Positions 1-11,842 of a DNA stretch of 64,000 nucleotides are shown here, piece after piece. Source of the DNA: Eledone cirrhosa (Eukaryota). The stretch spans positions 406,038,001-406,102,000 of the forward strand of contig OZ024741.1 of NCBI GenBank assembly GCA_964016885.1, written 5' to 3'. The notes beneath the pieces are model-generated. The model saw only the letters and a program-made list of their open reading frames with translations. It did not search any database and had not been told where the DNA came from. Positions within the stretch are counted from its first letter, which is position 1, and each line of letters starts with the position of its first letter. Made by a program: the position numbers and the translations under genes.

Positions 1-275
1 AGGGTGGAAGGACTAGGGAGGGATGGGGCGAAGAAGGAAATATAGAGGAAGCGATGGCAGGTTTAGCTACCCCTTCCCTCAACTAATTGCCATCATAGAA
101 TTATTATGTCCCAACTACAAACTTTTGACCAATCCCTGTGACAATCACTTTGACCATATATGGAATTACCCCTTGAGAAGCTCGGCTATTCAAATACCAG
201 GATAAAACTTTTCATTTAGTACAGAATTAGCCGTCGAAACGGCTTGAGCTCAACCGTCGGGGTCCTACTCGTTCC

Positions 276-277
<2 letters not shown>
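1..277 (+). mobile_element. End of a PLE pseudo-LTR (family A variant), probably the inverted 5' arm of an element lying upstream of the window
   Basis: Diverged homology to 46730-46958. It ends at the same point (..TTCCTA) and runs into (TA)n. Confidence 0.7.
168..263 (+). ncRNA. Type I hammerhead ribozyme, U3:A8 core variant (family A)
   Basis: Stem I ACCCC/GGGGT; core TTGAGAA; stem II G-CT-CGGCTA-TTC...GAA-T-TAGCCG-T-C; GAAA; stem III CGG/CCG with palindromic loop TTGAGCTCAA; GTC cleavage triplet at 256-258. Confidence 0.7.
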
Positions 278-1230
<953 letters not shown>

Positions 1231-1674
1231 ATTAAGATCTATATAATACCATACCCCGTAGCCTTGTATCACATTTCCACACGTATATACAATAAACATA
1301 TCTTTTTAAGCTATTTCTCTCTTTGAAGAATATGAATCAATATTTTGCTTATATTCGGCTGTCATCAGTTTATTTGGAATATGCCCTAGATAAACGATAC
1401 AAAACTATACAACGAAACTATGCCAAATTTTAAAACAAATTCATGTTGAAACATTTTAATAGAACTAACAACATGAAAAATTATTCAGTTCAGAGTTTAT
1501 AAATATTTAGTTATTATGTAAAACAAACATGAAATAGAAGAAAAAGTGGTAAAGAATTAGAAGGAACATATTTGGTTTGTTTAAAGATAATAAATATGTT
1601 TTTTTTTTAAATATGGTATTTTATTGTGAATTCTGTATAAGTGACACCTGAGCACTCACACAACACACACACAT

Positions 1675-1687
1675 TTTTATATATATA

Positions 1688-1770
<83 letters not shown>

Positions 1771-1784
1771 AGTGAGTGAGAGAT

Positions 1785-1828
<44 letters not shown>

Positions 1829-1968
1829 AGAATTGCAGCTTTTTGTGAAACTTTATTTCATAGTTTCTGTATCGATCGGGTTTGATCAGGTGATCGGAAT
1901 CCGACTCTTAATCGACACTTATTCCGATAAGAGAGTTTACATGGGTGGTCCCATACATATAGATACAG

Positions 1969-2000
<32 letters not shown>

Positions 2001-2040
2001 TGAGAGAGAGAGAGAGACAGAGAGAGAGAGACAGAAAGAG

Positions 2041-2097
<57 letters not shown>
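1675..2097. repeat. (TA)n, (GA)n and (GATA)n microsatellites
   Basis: Directly visible. Confidence 0.95.
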
Positions 2098-2100
<3 letters not shown>

Positions 2101-2283
2101 GTATAGTGATAAGAATGTGGTAAGAAACTCTGAGGAGAGCTGGACACCAGATATTCACCAAGTATTTCAGCCCTCACATAAACATATACTGACACAGACA
2201 AGACTTGCTTTACCTTTGATGCATTATGTTATTGTTCATTTTATTTAGTCCTTGAAGATTTCTCACCAAGTTTTCATGTGCAA

Positions 2284-4090
2284 TTATTGGCGGACAGATT
2301 TACTGAGCACCTCCAGGATATTCGTCTCGGTGGTAGTTCCCCCATCGCCCGCCACTTTGGTGCCCCTGGACATTCCGCACACCATCTCAGTCTGTGGCCT
2401 ACTCCAATGCCACGGAACACCCGCCAATCTCCTAAGAGACGAACAACGAACCATCTTCATCTTACAGACCCACACTCCCCTCGGCCTGAACTCCCCACCC
2501 TTATTCCTTTAGCCTTCGACCGCCCCCCTCCCCCCACACATATCCCCCACTAATACCACTAACACACCCCTCCTTTTCACCGCCCACCCCACAACTAACA
2601 ATACTAACACCTCCACCCCACATCCGACCACCCTTCCCCAACTAACATACTAACATCCCTCCCTTCTTCTCCTCCCCCCTCCTTATCACACGCACACACC
2701 CACCGGCACATATATACACGCGCTCACACTAAACACACACCCTACTACCACCACTAACCCTCACCCCCACACATCCACCCCACCACCCCGCAACTAACAT
2801 CACTAACACCTCCTGACCCCAAGCACACGAACACACACACCCACTTACACCACCCACCCTACACGAAACTAACATCACTGACACCCCCAACCCTACGCAC
2901 ACGTACACACACACCCTCTTACACTACCCACTCTACACACCCTACCACCACTGACCCCCACTCACACCCGCATTCAACCCTTTCTCCACCTCCTGTATAC
3001 GAACACCCACTAACACCCCCTTCACACACACACACACCAGTACACTACACTCCCTCCATCGGATCCCACACCCTTCTCTCCTCGCTCCACCCACACCCTT
3101 TCTCAAACACTCACTCATCCCACTAACACCTCTACTAATACACACACACACCCCCTCCTCACTCCAACTTTCACACCTACCCATCCTCTCCCCTGTCCAC
3201 CGCACACACTGACACACCTTCACTTACCATTCTACCCTACTGCTGCTATGCCCTCTGACCACCTCCCCGCACACACAGACACACAGCTCTCCTCCTGCCT
3301 TGACCCTCTGACCACTTCCTGTTGCGCGCGCACCCCACATCTCCCCTCTTCCGACCAATCTCTTCACGGATTACACGTATGTGAACCTTGATCCCGAGAA
3401 TCCACCACATCCCAGGATTTTACTAAGCATTCCACCACATCTTTTTACGGAATTACCTTTATGACACACCCCACACACACACCCCCAAAAAACTTTTTTT
3501 TCCCACACGCCACCTACATCCACAACACGCATAAACACCACACACACACACGTGCGTACCACCACATATTTACACATTCAGCCTCCGGAATCCTCTCCCC
3601 CACCCCTCTAACCACACACGCACACACACTCCGACCTACACCCCACCCCACACTGACCTCTTCCTGAACATGCAACCCCGTTCTTCCCCCAACCCTTGCT
3701 TTCACATACACACACGTACACCTACACACACACACCACCTTCAGCCCTCCCCGCTCGGACACCCCGTCTCCCTCTCCCCACTCCACCCGCCACCACCCCT
3801 ATACGCCCCACATCCTTCCACCACCTGTTTTAACTCATTTTAATTTTATTTTGATCATGCCTTTATTTTTAATTTCATTTGCACCGTTTTCCTCTCACCC
3901 CCTTTTTTCTTTATGTCTCTCCACCACTCCCCTACACACCCTTTGAACTCTATTCCCACACACTTTTCACCTGAAGAAGGGCTTATGCCCGAAACGTCGT
4001 TCCCCACCACCACTCACTCTCAAGAGCGTGAAATTAATAAACATTTGTTTGTACTGCCTCTCTGTTTTGTTCCCGTTCAATTTTTCATTA
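2284..4090 (+). mobile_element. 5'-truncated Penelope-like element (Neptune/Poseidon-type): GIY-YIG C-terminus, long C/A-rich 3' region, minimal hammerhead, tail into (TA)n
   Basis: Frameshifted peptide LADRFTEHLQDIR..PIARHF..GHS / ISVCGLLQC..EQRTIFILQTHTPLGLN matches the PLE endonuclease C-terminus. Hammerhead-like core at 3971, AATAAA near 4036, then (TA)n. Confidence 0.7.
3969..4000 (+). ncRNA. Minimal PLE-type hammerhead motif (family E); stem I degenerate
   Basis: CTGAAGA-A-GGGC-TTAT-GCCC-GAAACGTC; only 2 bp of stem I can form. Confidence 0.6.
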
Positions 4091-4127
4091 TATATATATA
4101 TATATATTTATTAAAATAACAGATTAA

Positions 4128-4178
4128 AGTTTAAGCAAAGAATCTCTGCTTTCACCCTTAACGGGATCTTCTGAAACT
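4128..4178 (-). ncRNA. Type I hammerhead-like motif with CAGAAGA core (family B, inverted arm)
   Basis: Minus strand: AGTTT CAGAAGA T-CCC-GTTAA-GGG-T GAAA GCAGAG-ATT-CTTTGC TT AAACT. Confidence 0.65.
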
Positions 4179-4723
4179 AACAAAGTCAATCTGTAAACGC
4201 AGAACTGGATATTTCAAAAAACGTTGCAACCGGAGGAAGACGGGAAGACGATACTTTGGTTGGTGGAAACGTTCGCTGGCAAAGAACGGGGAAAAACGAA
4301 TAATACGTCATTAATAGGAGCGGTGAAAAACAATTACGCGCAAAGACAGAACCACGTTTATGGTATAAAAGAGGTCGTAGACTAATGTTCTCTTAGGTGG
4401 TGCATAGAGACGTTCTCTGGCAATGAACGAAAAAACGAAGAAAATAAGTCATATGTGGAGCGTGGAGAACAATAGCACGCAAAGACAAAACCACGTAAAT
4501 GGTATAGCAGAAGTCGTAGACTAAAATTTTAACTAGGAGACCAGATGAATCTCCGCTACAGAGTTAAGAACAAAGTAAATAAATACAATACAGAAGTAAT
4601 AGAAATAAATAAATACATACACGCAAACAAATACGTACATACACAAGCATACGCAAAACCTTACCATAGGTATACAAAACGTGCACACACTTACCTACAT
4701 ATAAATACACGAATGTTCGGTGA

Positions 4724-5164
4724 CGTAATTGTAGGAATCGGGCTGATTGCCCCCTATCCGGGAAATGCCTCTCTAGTAACATTGTCTACAAATGTAAGGT
4801 TGTAACACCCACGTCCCGTAGGGCCTACATAGGGTTAACCGCCAATAGTTTCAAGCAGCGTCTTTACATGCATACCCATTCTTTTCGTTACCCTCTAAGA
4901 AGGAATATGACGTCACTTTCAGCTTATATCTGGAGTCTAAAAGACAACCACACCCAATATAAGTTACACTGGGAGATCCTAGATAGGGCTAGATCGTATA
5001 ACGGAAATAAAAGACCATGTGACCTCTGCGCCGCTGAGGCCCTGGAAATACTCTACGCCACAGACCACATCTTAAACAAAAAATCTGAGGCAATTTCGGC
5101 TTGTAAACATAAATTGCACAAAACTTTCCTGTATTACAGCCCCACGCTATACCCTAACGGATAG
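4724..5164 (+). pseudogene. Naiad-type zinc-binding linker plus GIY-YIG endonuclease domain; frame open, RT missing
   Basis: The frame extends 144 nt upstream of the listed ATG: RNCRNRADCPLSGKCLSSNIVYKCKVVTPTSRRAYIGLTANSFKQRLYMH...LSAYIWSLK...CDLC..E...LNKKSE..CKH. Confidence 0.85.
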
Positions 5165-6089
5165 TACGATCTATACGTGGATATTTTACGTCTTGATGTG
5201 GGAGCTAAGTATATGTTTTGTTTATACCTTTACTTATTTGCATAGGTAAGTATATATCACCCGTATGTTTTGTGAAGGTACGTATACTTTCCCGTACGTA
5301 TATTTGATTGTTATGGCGTATAATTTTATATATTCTGGTACATATGGTTTGGCTATGTGTATACGGGAGTTTTGCGTCTGTGTGAGTATGCAGGTTCGTA
5401 AGTTTGGTGGGTGTGTGTATATGTGTACTTCATGTTTTGGTTGACTTACGTCTCCGAACATTCGTGTATTTAAATGTAGGTATGTGTGTGCACTTGTTAT
5501 ATACTTATTTATTTATTTATATACGTTTATATAATTTTTTATTTATTTGTATACACGCATACACACACACATATTTATATGTGCGGGGTTTTATATACCT
5601 ATGGTAAGTTTTTGCGTATGCTTGTGTATGTACGTATTTGTTTGCGTGTATGTATTTATTTATTTCTATTACTTCTGTATTGTATTTATTTACTTTGTTC
5701 TTAACTCTGTAGCGGAGATTCATTTGGTCTCCTAGTTAGAATTTTAGTCTACGACTTCTGCTATACCATTTACGTGGTTTTGTCTTTGCGTGCTATTGTT
5801 CTCCACGCTCCACATATGACTTATTATCTTCGTTTTTTCGTTCATTGCCAGAGAACGTCTCTATGCACCACCTAAGAGAACATTAGTCTACGACCTCTTT
5901 TATACCATAAACGTGGTTCTGTCTTTGCGCGTAATTGTTTTTCACCGCTCCTATTAATGACGTATTATTCGTTTTTTCCCGTTCTTTGCCAGCGAACGTT
6001 TCCACCAACCAACGTATCGTCTTCCCGTCTTCCTCCGGTTGCAACGTTTTTTGAAATATCCAGTTCTGCGTTTACAGATTGACTTTGTT

Positions 6090-6140
6090 AGTTTCAGAAG
6101 ATCCCGTTGAGGGTGAAAGCAACGATTCTTTGCTTAAACT
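6090..6140 (+). ncRNA. Type I hammerhead-like motif with CAGAAGA core (family B, 3' arm)
   Basis: AGTTT CAGAAGA T-CCC-GTTGA-GGG-T GAAA GCAA-CGATTCT-TTGC TT AAACT. Confidence 0.65.
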
Positions 6141-6267
6141 TTAATCTGTTATTTTAATAAATATTTGCTCTACGGTTCTTATATATTTGATATATATCTA
6201 TCCTTATCGAGCCCTCCTTGGATTTTAGTCTTCAATTTTTTTATATTTACTATATATATATATATAT

Positions 6268-6340
<73 letters not shown>

Positions 6341-6847
6341 CCCTCTTTCTTCTCCTCCCTTTCTCCTCATCTACTCTTACCCCACTTTCTTCCTCTCCCT
6401 TTCTCCCTCTCACTTTCATCCCTTCGTCCGTCCGTTTAGCAGTTCTCTTCTCACAACTGCAGCCATTGGACGTGTGTCTTTTCTCTCGATTACTCGGTCT
6501 CGAACTTAAGTTCTATTATCGAGTGGTCTTGGATGTCCTACCTATAGTTGCTCGCACTTTGCTCGATTTATTTTTTTTTTCTTTTTTTTTTTTGTTATTG
6601 TTTCTCTTTTCTACCACTTTGCTTTCCTTCCCTCCTTCCATCGTTTTCCCAATAACTTATTCAGTTATTGACGCCCTGGGGTGATGTGGTATCTTGTCTT
6701 TAAAGCGTAGAAATATCCTGGACCCCCAGTAGACAACTGATCAGGACCCCCCCCCCCCTCTGTTCTTGCTTTCTTCGTATTCCCACTGCATTTTAAGTTA
6801 CCTTAAATAGCAACTACACACCCATTTCTATTCTACATATATTTCAT

Positions 6848-6905
<58 letters not shown>

Positions 6906-6944
6906 TGTATGTATGTATGTATACAAATGAGAAAGTGATATAGA

Positions 6945-7100
6945 AGAAGAATCGTCCTCAGCACTTGATTAGTACTTTTTTTATCGACCTCGAATAGATG
7001 AAAGGCAAAGGACTTGAACTCAGACAGCAAAGAGCTGAAACGAATACCACAAAGTATTCTATCTGACGTTCTAACGACTCTGACAATTCGTTGCCAAGAG
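6945..7100 (-). mobile_element. Degenerate tRNA-derived SINE (same family as 9152-9985)
   Basis: The reverse complement contains GAGTTCAAGTCC..TTTGCCTTTCATCTATTCGAGGTCGATAAAAAAAGTAC. Confidence 0.7.
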
Positions 7101-7595
7101 CACAAATAATTCAGAACAAGTCGATAGCTGTGTAGTTCAGCACTAGAACATCATCGTGGATAAATAGATCAATGGTCCTACTGAGATGGTTAAGTCTAGT
7201 TTGAGTCAAACCTCCAGGTGGATAGGACCTAGGATGAGATTACAAGCACTGTGGCCAATCTCACCTAAAAATAAGCATAGAAGCTATTATTTCTGAAGGA
7301 TCCAGCAACGGTGGCGAATATTTACACAACCTCGGTAAATTATAACCACCTGGCTGTCTTGCCTTACCTGAATTTTCATCTTCTCAGTATCTACTTTTCC
7401 AGTTCTTGTTGATGAGATACGTTCCACGCGTAAGATATTTCATCTTCTACTATAACGTCCAACATCAATATCTCAGTATGCTATGGTTGATATGGTCTCA
7501 TTGACGAAACTGCAGTAATGAGTTAGGTGAAGACGAAGATTTAGCTCTTATCATCTGAAATATTACCAGAAAACAATTCCTTACAAGTCGTTCAA

Positions 7596-8022
7596 GGTGC
7601 TGGTTAACACTTTGTTCCTTATACTTATACAGTTGCATTCTCGTTTTCTTTTCATTTACAAAAACCTCCTTTTCATATATAAATATATATATATATTCCA
7701 ATCGTTAATACTCTCTATCGGTCGCAACTCTAGGTAGAAGGAGCAACGTGAAATAAAGTGTCTTGCTCAAGGACATAACGCATCACCCGGTCCAGGAATC
7801 AAACTCACAACCTCACAATTCCTGGACCGGGTGATGCGTTATGTCCTTGAGCAAGACACTTTATTTCACGTTGCTCCTTCTACCTAGAGTTGCGACCGAT
7901 AGAGAGTATTAACGATTGGAATATATATATATATTTATATATGAAAAGGAGGTTTTTTTTAAATGAAAAGAAAACGAGAATGCAACTGTATAAGTATAAG
8001 GAACAAAGTGTTAACCAGCACC
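7596..8022. repeat. Near-perfect palindrome (~204-bp arms, ~18-nt spacer) containing part of a SINE
   Basis: 7596-7799 is the reverse complement of 7818-8022. It includes GTCCTTGAGCAAGACACTTTATTTCACGTTGCTCC. Confidence 0.9.
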
Positions 8023-8233
8023 GATAGAGAGTATTAACGATTGGAAAGACCAATAGAAACATTGTTTCCTCGGTCCGATTTAACGAGGTCTACCCCACTC
8101 GGCAAGCGAATGAGGTCTGGTATCTTGTCGAGCGAATAAGCAGTTGGAAATTATTCTCTGTTTCCTCAAATTTACTCCCGGTTAACATGAGACACAAATA
8201 CAACCGAGAACGTTATCTACGATAAATCTATCC

Positions 8234-8518
8234 ATGGTCTAGTGGTAAAGGTGTTGGACATACGATCAGAATGTCGTCGGTTCGATTCTTGTACTGGGCT
8301 CTGATTCGGGTTCTTAAACAAAACATTTTATTACATTTCACTGGCGTCCTGTCCACTGGGGTGTCTTGTATTCTCAGTCGCTTTACACCAGAAAAACCGG
8401 GATAACTCCCGGTCTAATCGTGAGGTTGTGAGTCCGATTCCTGGACCGGGCAATGCGTTATGTCCTTGGGCAAGACACTTTATTTAATGTTGTCCTTCTA
8501 CCTGGAGTTGTGACCGAT
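8234..8518 (+). mobile_element. Two degenerate tRNA-headed SINE fragments (second family)
   Basis: Pol III A-box-like TGGTCTAGTGG and B-box-like GGTTCGATTC. The second copy, GTGAGTCCGATTCCTGGACCGGG..GTCCTTGGGCAAGACACTTTATTT, matches 7818-7900. Confidence 0.65.
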
Positions 8519-8529
8519 ATATATATATA

Positions 8530-8703
8530 TAAGTTTATCCCGGGTTCAATCGGGGGTAACCACAGTAAGTAAGGTACTCAATACATAGCAGAGTATACAT
8601 ATATTTAATATAGAAATGGCTTCTACAGGGCTAGAACTGTTTCATTTGGTAGAAAACATCAGGAAGCCTCTAGCCCTGTAGAAGCCATTTCTATATCAAA
8701 TAT
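8530..8703 (-). mobile_element. Mini PLE terminus (family C variant): tail, damaged hammerhead (8618-8668) and 35-bp inverted arm
   Basis: Homologous to 10933-11070. Minus strand GGCTTC CTGATGT..GAAA CAG..CTG TA GAAGCC. Flanked by (TA)n. Confidence 0.7.
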
Positions 8704-8704
8704 T

Positions 8705-8742
<38 letters not shown>

Positions 8743-9151
8743 TATATTAATATATATGTGTGTGTGTATACATAATTTTGATTTTTATAAAGGATAATGG
8801 AATATAAAATGTGAAAAATAAAAGGCACAGAAAAAATTAAATCCTAAATGATGAAATTCGTTCGATATTCATTAAGATTACAATAAATTGATTTAATTAA
8901 TGTAATTCCATTTTAAGATGGGCTGAAATCAACGATTTATAGTTAATGTATCCAATATCGATAAAATGGAAATATTTAATTAACGTAAATGGAAGCAAGC
9001 TAGAGATCTTATTATCGTTTATGTCATTTTAATGAAGGAAATAATTACTCAAACTACTCTAATGATGTTACACGAGTGGCGTTAATATATGGCGCTGGTA
9101 TTGCTTTTTTTATATAATAGTAGTGTAGGGTGTTGTGCTACGAGAAGTGCC

Positions 9152-9985
9152 ATGGTGGATTGGCAGTATCGGTAGAGTCGGATGCTTTACAGCACAGAGT
9201 TACGCCCCTTTATGATCTGAGTTCAAATCCCGCCGAGGTTAACTTTGTCTTTATCCTCACGGGCTCGATAAAATAAAGTACCAGTCACGCACTGGGGTAG
9301 ATTTAATCGACTTAACCCTCCCCCAAAATTGCTGGCCTTGTGCCGATATAAGAAACCATTAATATTATTATTAATAGGGTAAGGAGTGGTGGATTGGTAG
9401 TATTGGTAGAGCTTCGGACAACCTGCTATGCGGCATAGAGTTACGGCCCTTTTACGCTCTTAGTTCAAATCCTGCTTCGGTTAGCTATGCATGTCGATAA
9501 AACAAAGTACCAGTGATGCACTGAGATCGATCTAATCGAATTTCCTCTCCCCTTAAATTGTTGGTATTATGCCTAAATCAGAAAACATTTTTGATTAGTA
9601 GTATTGGTAGAACGTCGGACAACACGCTTTGCGGCATAGAGTCATGGCCCTTTACGTTCTTAGTTCAAATCTCGCCAAAATTAGCCTTGCTTTTCATCCT
9701 TACAGGTTCGATAAAATAAAATACCAGTAATGCACCCGAGTCGATTTAATAGAATTTCCCCTCCCCACAAAATTGTTGGCCTTGTGACTAAATCAGAAAC
9801 CAAGGGCGGTGGATTGGCAATATCGGTAGAGCGCCGGACAACATGCTTTATGGAGTAGAATTACAGCCCTTTACGTTCTCAGTGCAAATCCTGCCGAGGT
9901 TAGCGTTGCCTTTCATCCTTACGGGGTCGATAAAATAAAGTACCAGTAATGCACTGGGATAATTGCTGGCCTTGTGCCAAAAGTA
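9152..9985 (+). mobile_element. Four head-to-tail tRNA-derived SINE copies; central domain resembles the Meta/Sauria-SINE type
   Basis: Repeats of GGTGGATTGGCAGTATCGGTAGAG..AGTTCAAATCC..GCCTTTCATCCTTACGGGGTCGATAAAATAAAGTACCAG..TTGCTGGCCTTGTGCC start near 9154, 9388, 9592 and 9808. Confidence 0.8.
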
Positions 9986-10080
9986 GAATTAATTATTAAA
10001 GTCTATCTCTTTTAGATTTTTATCGTAGTTCACGTGTTAAACATTCTTTTTTTTTCGGATATCCGGTTTAAGGAAAGAAT

Positions 10081-10137
10081 GACCCCCCTTTCTTGCGGAA
10101 CACTAGGGTTCCAGGGAACACCGGTTGAGAAATGCTG
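10081..10137 (-). mobile_element. Probable hAT/Charlie-type MITE terminal fragment
   Basis: Minus strand CAGCATTTCTCAACCGGTGTTCCCTGGAACCCTAGTGTTCCGC resembles a Charlie-type TIR plus subterminal GGAACCC palindrome. No partner TIR seen. Confidence 0.45.
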
Positions 10138-10347
10138 ATCTATAGTAGCATCTGTAAAAGTTGTTTGTTTCTTAATACTACTAGTAAAGGGACCTTTGGG
10201 TGAACGTTTAGTACGTCGCTGAAAACCCACCTTATCGTCATAATAAAGTAGATTGGACATTTTGAATCTGTAGTCAGAGATGTATGATGTTTTTAAAAAA
10301 AATACTATATGCCATCAGTATTTCAATCAGCGACTTTGTAATATAAT

Positions 10348-10522
10348 TGTTTCTACTTTAGGCACAAGGCCAGCAATAACCCAGTGCATTACTGGTACTT
10401 TATTTTATCGACCCCGTAAGGCTGAAAGGCAAAGTAAACCTCGGCAGGATTTGAACTCAACTGTAAAGGGACGTAACTATGCTGGAAAGCATGGCGTCCG
10501 ACTCTCTACCGATACTGCCAAC
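10348..10522 (-). mobile_element. tRNA-derived SINE copy, inverted relative to 9152-9985
   Basis: GGCACAAGGCCAGCAAT..CTGGTACTTTATTTTATCGACCCC..GAAAGGCAAAG..GGATTTGAACT..CTCTACCGATACTGCCAA. Confidence 0.8.
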
Positions 10523-10888
10523 AAGAAGGTCTTATAATATTTAGGGAGCCATAACTCTCGAGGGAGTCATAGAGGTTTAATAGTGACATACGGCGTTTGA
10601 AGGACAGTTTTTTTAAAATCTGGTGGGGGCCATTTCCATTCCAGGTCTGATTACAGCAGATTTCTTTCAGAGATGGAACTCTATTTATTGTGTGGTACAA
10701 TTGTTTCCCCAGCGAACAGCTCGAGGTGCGATCCGTGTGTGGATCGACCTGACTCTAGACTCGCAGGTTCCTCGGACACGGCTATTGATTTCGGATCATA
10801 TCCTCCGTAGGAGCATAGAGTGCTCATCCGGCATACCGCCTATGGAAGCATCTTAGCTACCATTAGACATATATATATATATATATAT

Positions 10889-10934
<46 letters not shown>

Positions 10935-11019
10935 TACGTTGTTCCGGGTTGAATCGGAGGTAACCACAGTAAGTAAGGTACTCAATACATTGCAGAGTAT
11001 AAAAGTTTTAATATAGATG

Positions 11020-11070
11020 AGATTCTACAGGACTAGAACTGTTTCATTCTTTAGAAATCATCAGGAATCT
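11020..11070 (-). ncRNA. Type I hammerhead ribozyme (family C)
   Basis: Minus strand AGATTC CTGATGA T-TTC-TAAA-GAA-T GAAA CAG-TTCTAGTC-CTG TA GAATCT. Confidence 0.85.
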
Positions 11071-11452
11071 GGGTATCAAAAAATAAGTATGGTATTTATA
11101 GGTCTCTACTAGTGGTAGGAGAGGGTGGGGAGTGGGATGGGTGCAGGTCATTGGTTGATAGAAAAGGGAATTCATTAAAAGCTAATTCTACAAAGCAATA
11201 ATTTATTTTTATTTTTATTTTTATTTTTATTTTTAGAGTAACAAAGGCAGAAAGAATTCTATAAACAGGTTCAGGATGGGGTGCCACTCCTTATTATTAA
11301 GTTTCTCTTAAGCTAACAGGTATCTATAAGATCAGTGGGGGTCAGTCATGGTAGACATCTTATAGACACCTGTTAGCTTAATAGAAACTTAATAATAAGG
11401 AGTGGCATGCAATCCTGAACCTGTTTATAGAATTCTTTCTGCCTTTGTTACT

Positions 11453-11511
11453 CTAAAAATAAAAATAAAAATAAAAATAAAAATAAAAATAAAAATAAAA
11501 ATAAAAATAAA

Positions 11512-11542
<31 letters not shown>

Positions 11543-11648
11543 TAAAAATAAAAATAAAAATAAAAATAAAAATAAAAATAAAAATAAAAATAAAAATAAA
11601 AATAAAAATAAAAATAAAAATAAAAATAAAAATAAAAATAAAAATAAA
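11453..11648. repeat. (TAAAAA)n hexamer expansion
   Basis: About 32 units, versus about 5-6 in the opposite arm. Confidence 0.95.
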
Positions 11649-11779
11649 TTATAGCTTTGTAGAATTAGCTTTTAATGAATTCCCTTTTCTATCAACCAAT
11701 GCCCTACACCCATCCCACTCCCCACCCTCTCCTACCACTAGTAGAGACCTATAAATACCATACTTATTTTTTGATACCC

Positions 11780-11830
11780 AGATTCCTGATGATTTCTAAA
11801 GAATGAAACAGTTCTAGTCCTGTAGAATCT
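11780..11830 (+). ncRNA. Type I hammerhead ribozyme (family C)
   Basis: AGATTC CTGATGA T-TTC-TAAA-GAA-T GAAA CAG-TTCTAGTC-CTG TA GAATCT; GUA cleavage triplet. Confidence 0.85.
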
Positions 11831-11842
11831 CATCTATATTAA

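Larger units (their letters stand above)
4104..6180 (+). mobile_element. Naiad-type Penelope-like element (family B): inverted pseudo-LTR 4104-4728, GIY-YIG domain, 3' pseudo-LTR to ~6180
   Basis: 4104-4728 is the reverse complement of 5447-6164, the right arm carrying an extra ~90-nt segment near 5505-5597. The arms enclose an endonuclease reading frame, and both ends are next to TA-rich tracts. Confidence 0.85.

Noticed and set aside
4721-4732. In-frame TGA next to the CNC motif, as in selenocysteine-encoding Naiads
   Set aside because: The TGA lies inside the inverted arm (the partner copy reads GGAGAC), and the Cys codons in both Naiad copies are TGT/TGC. No SECIS was identified.
8234-8300. 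tRNA gene
   Set aside because: A/B-box-like motifs are present but the acceptor stem does not pair, and the sequence continues into SINE body.
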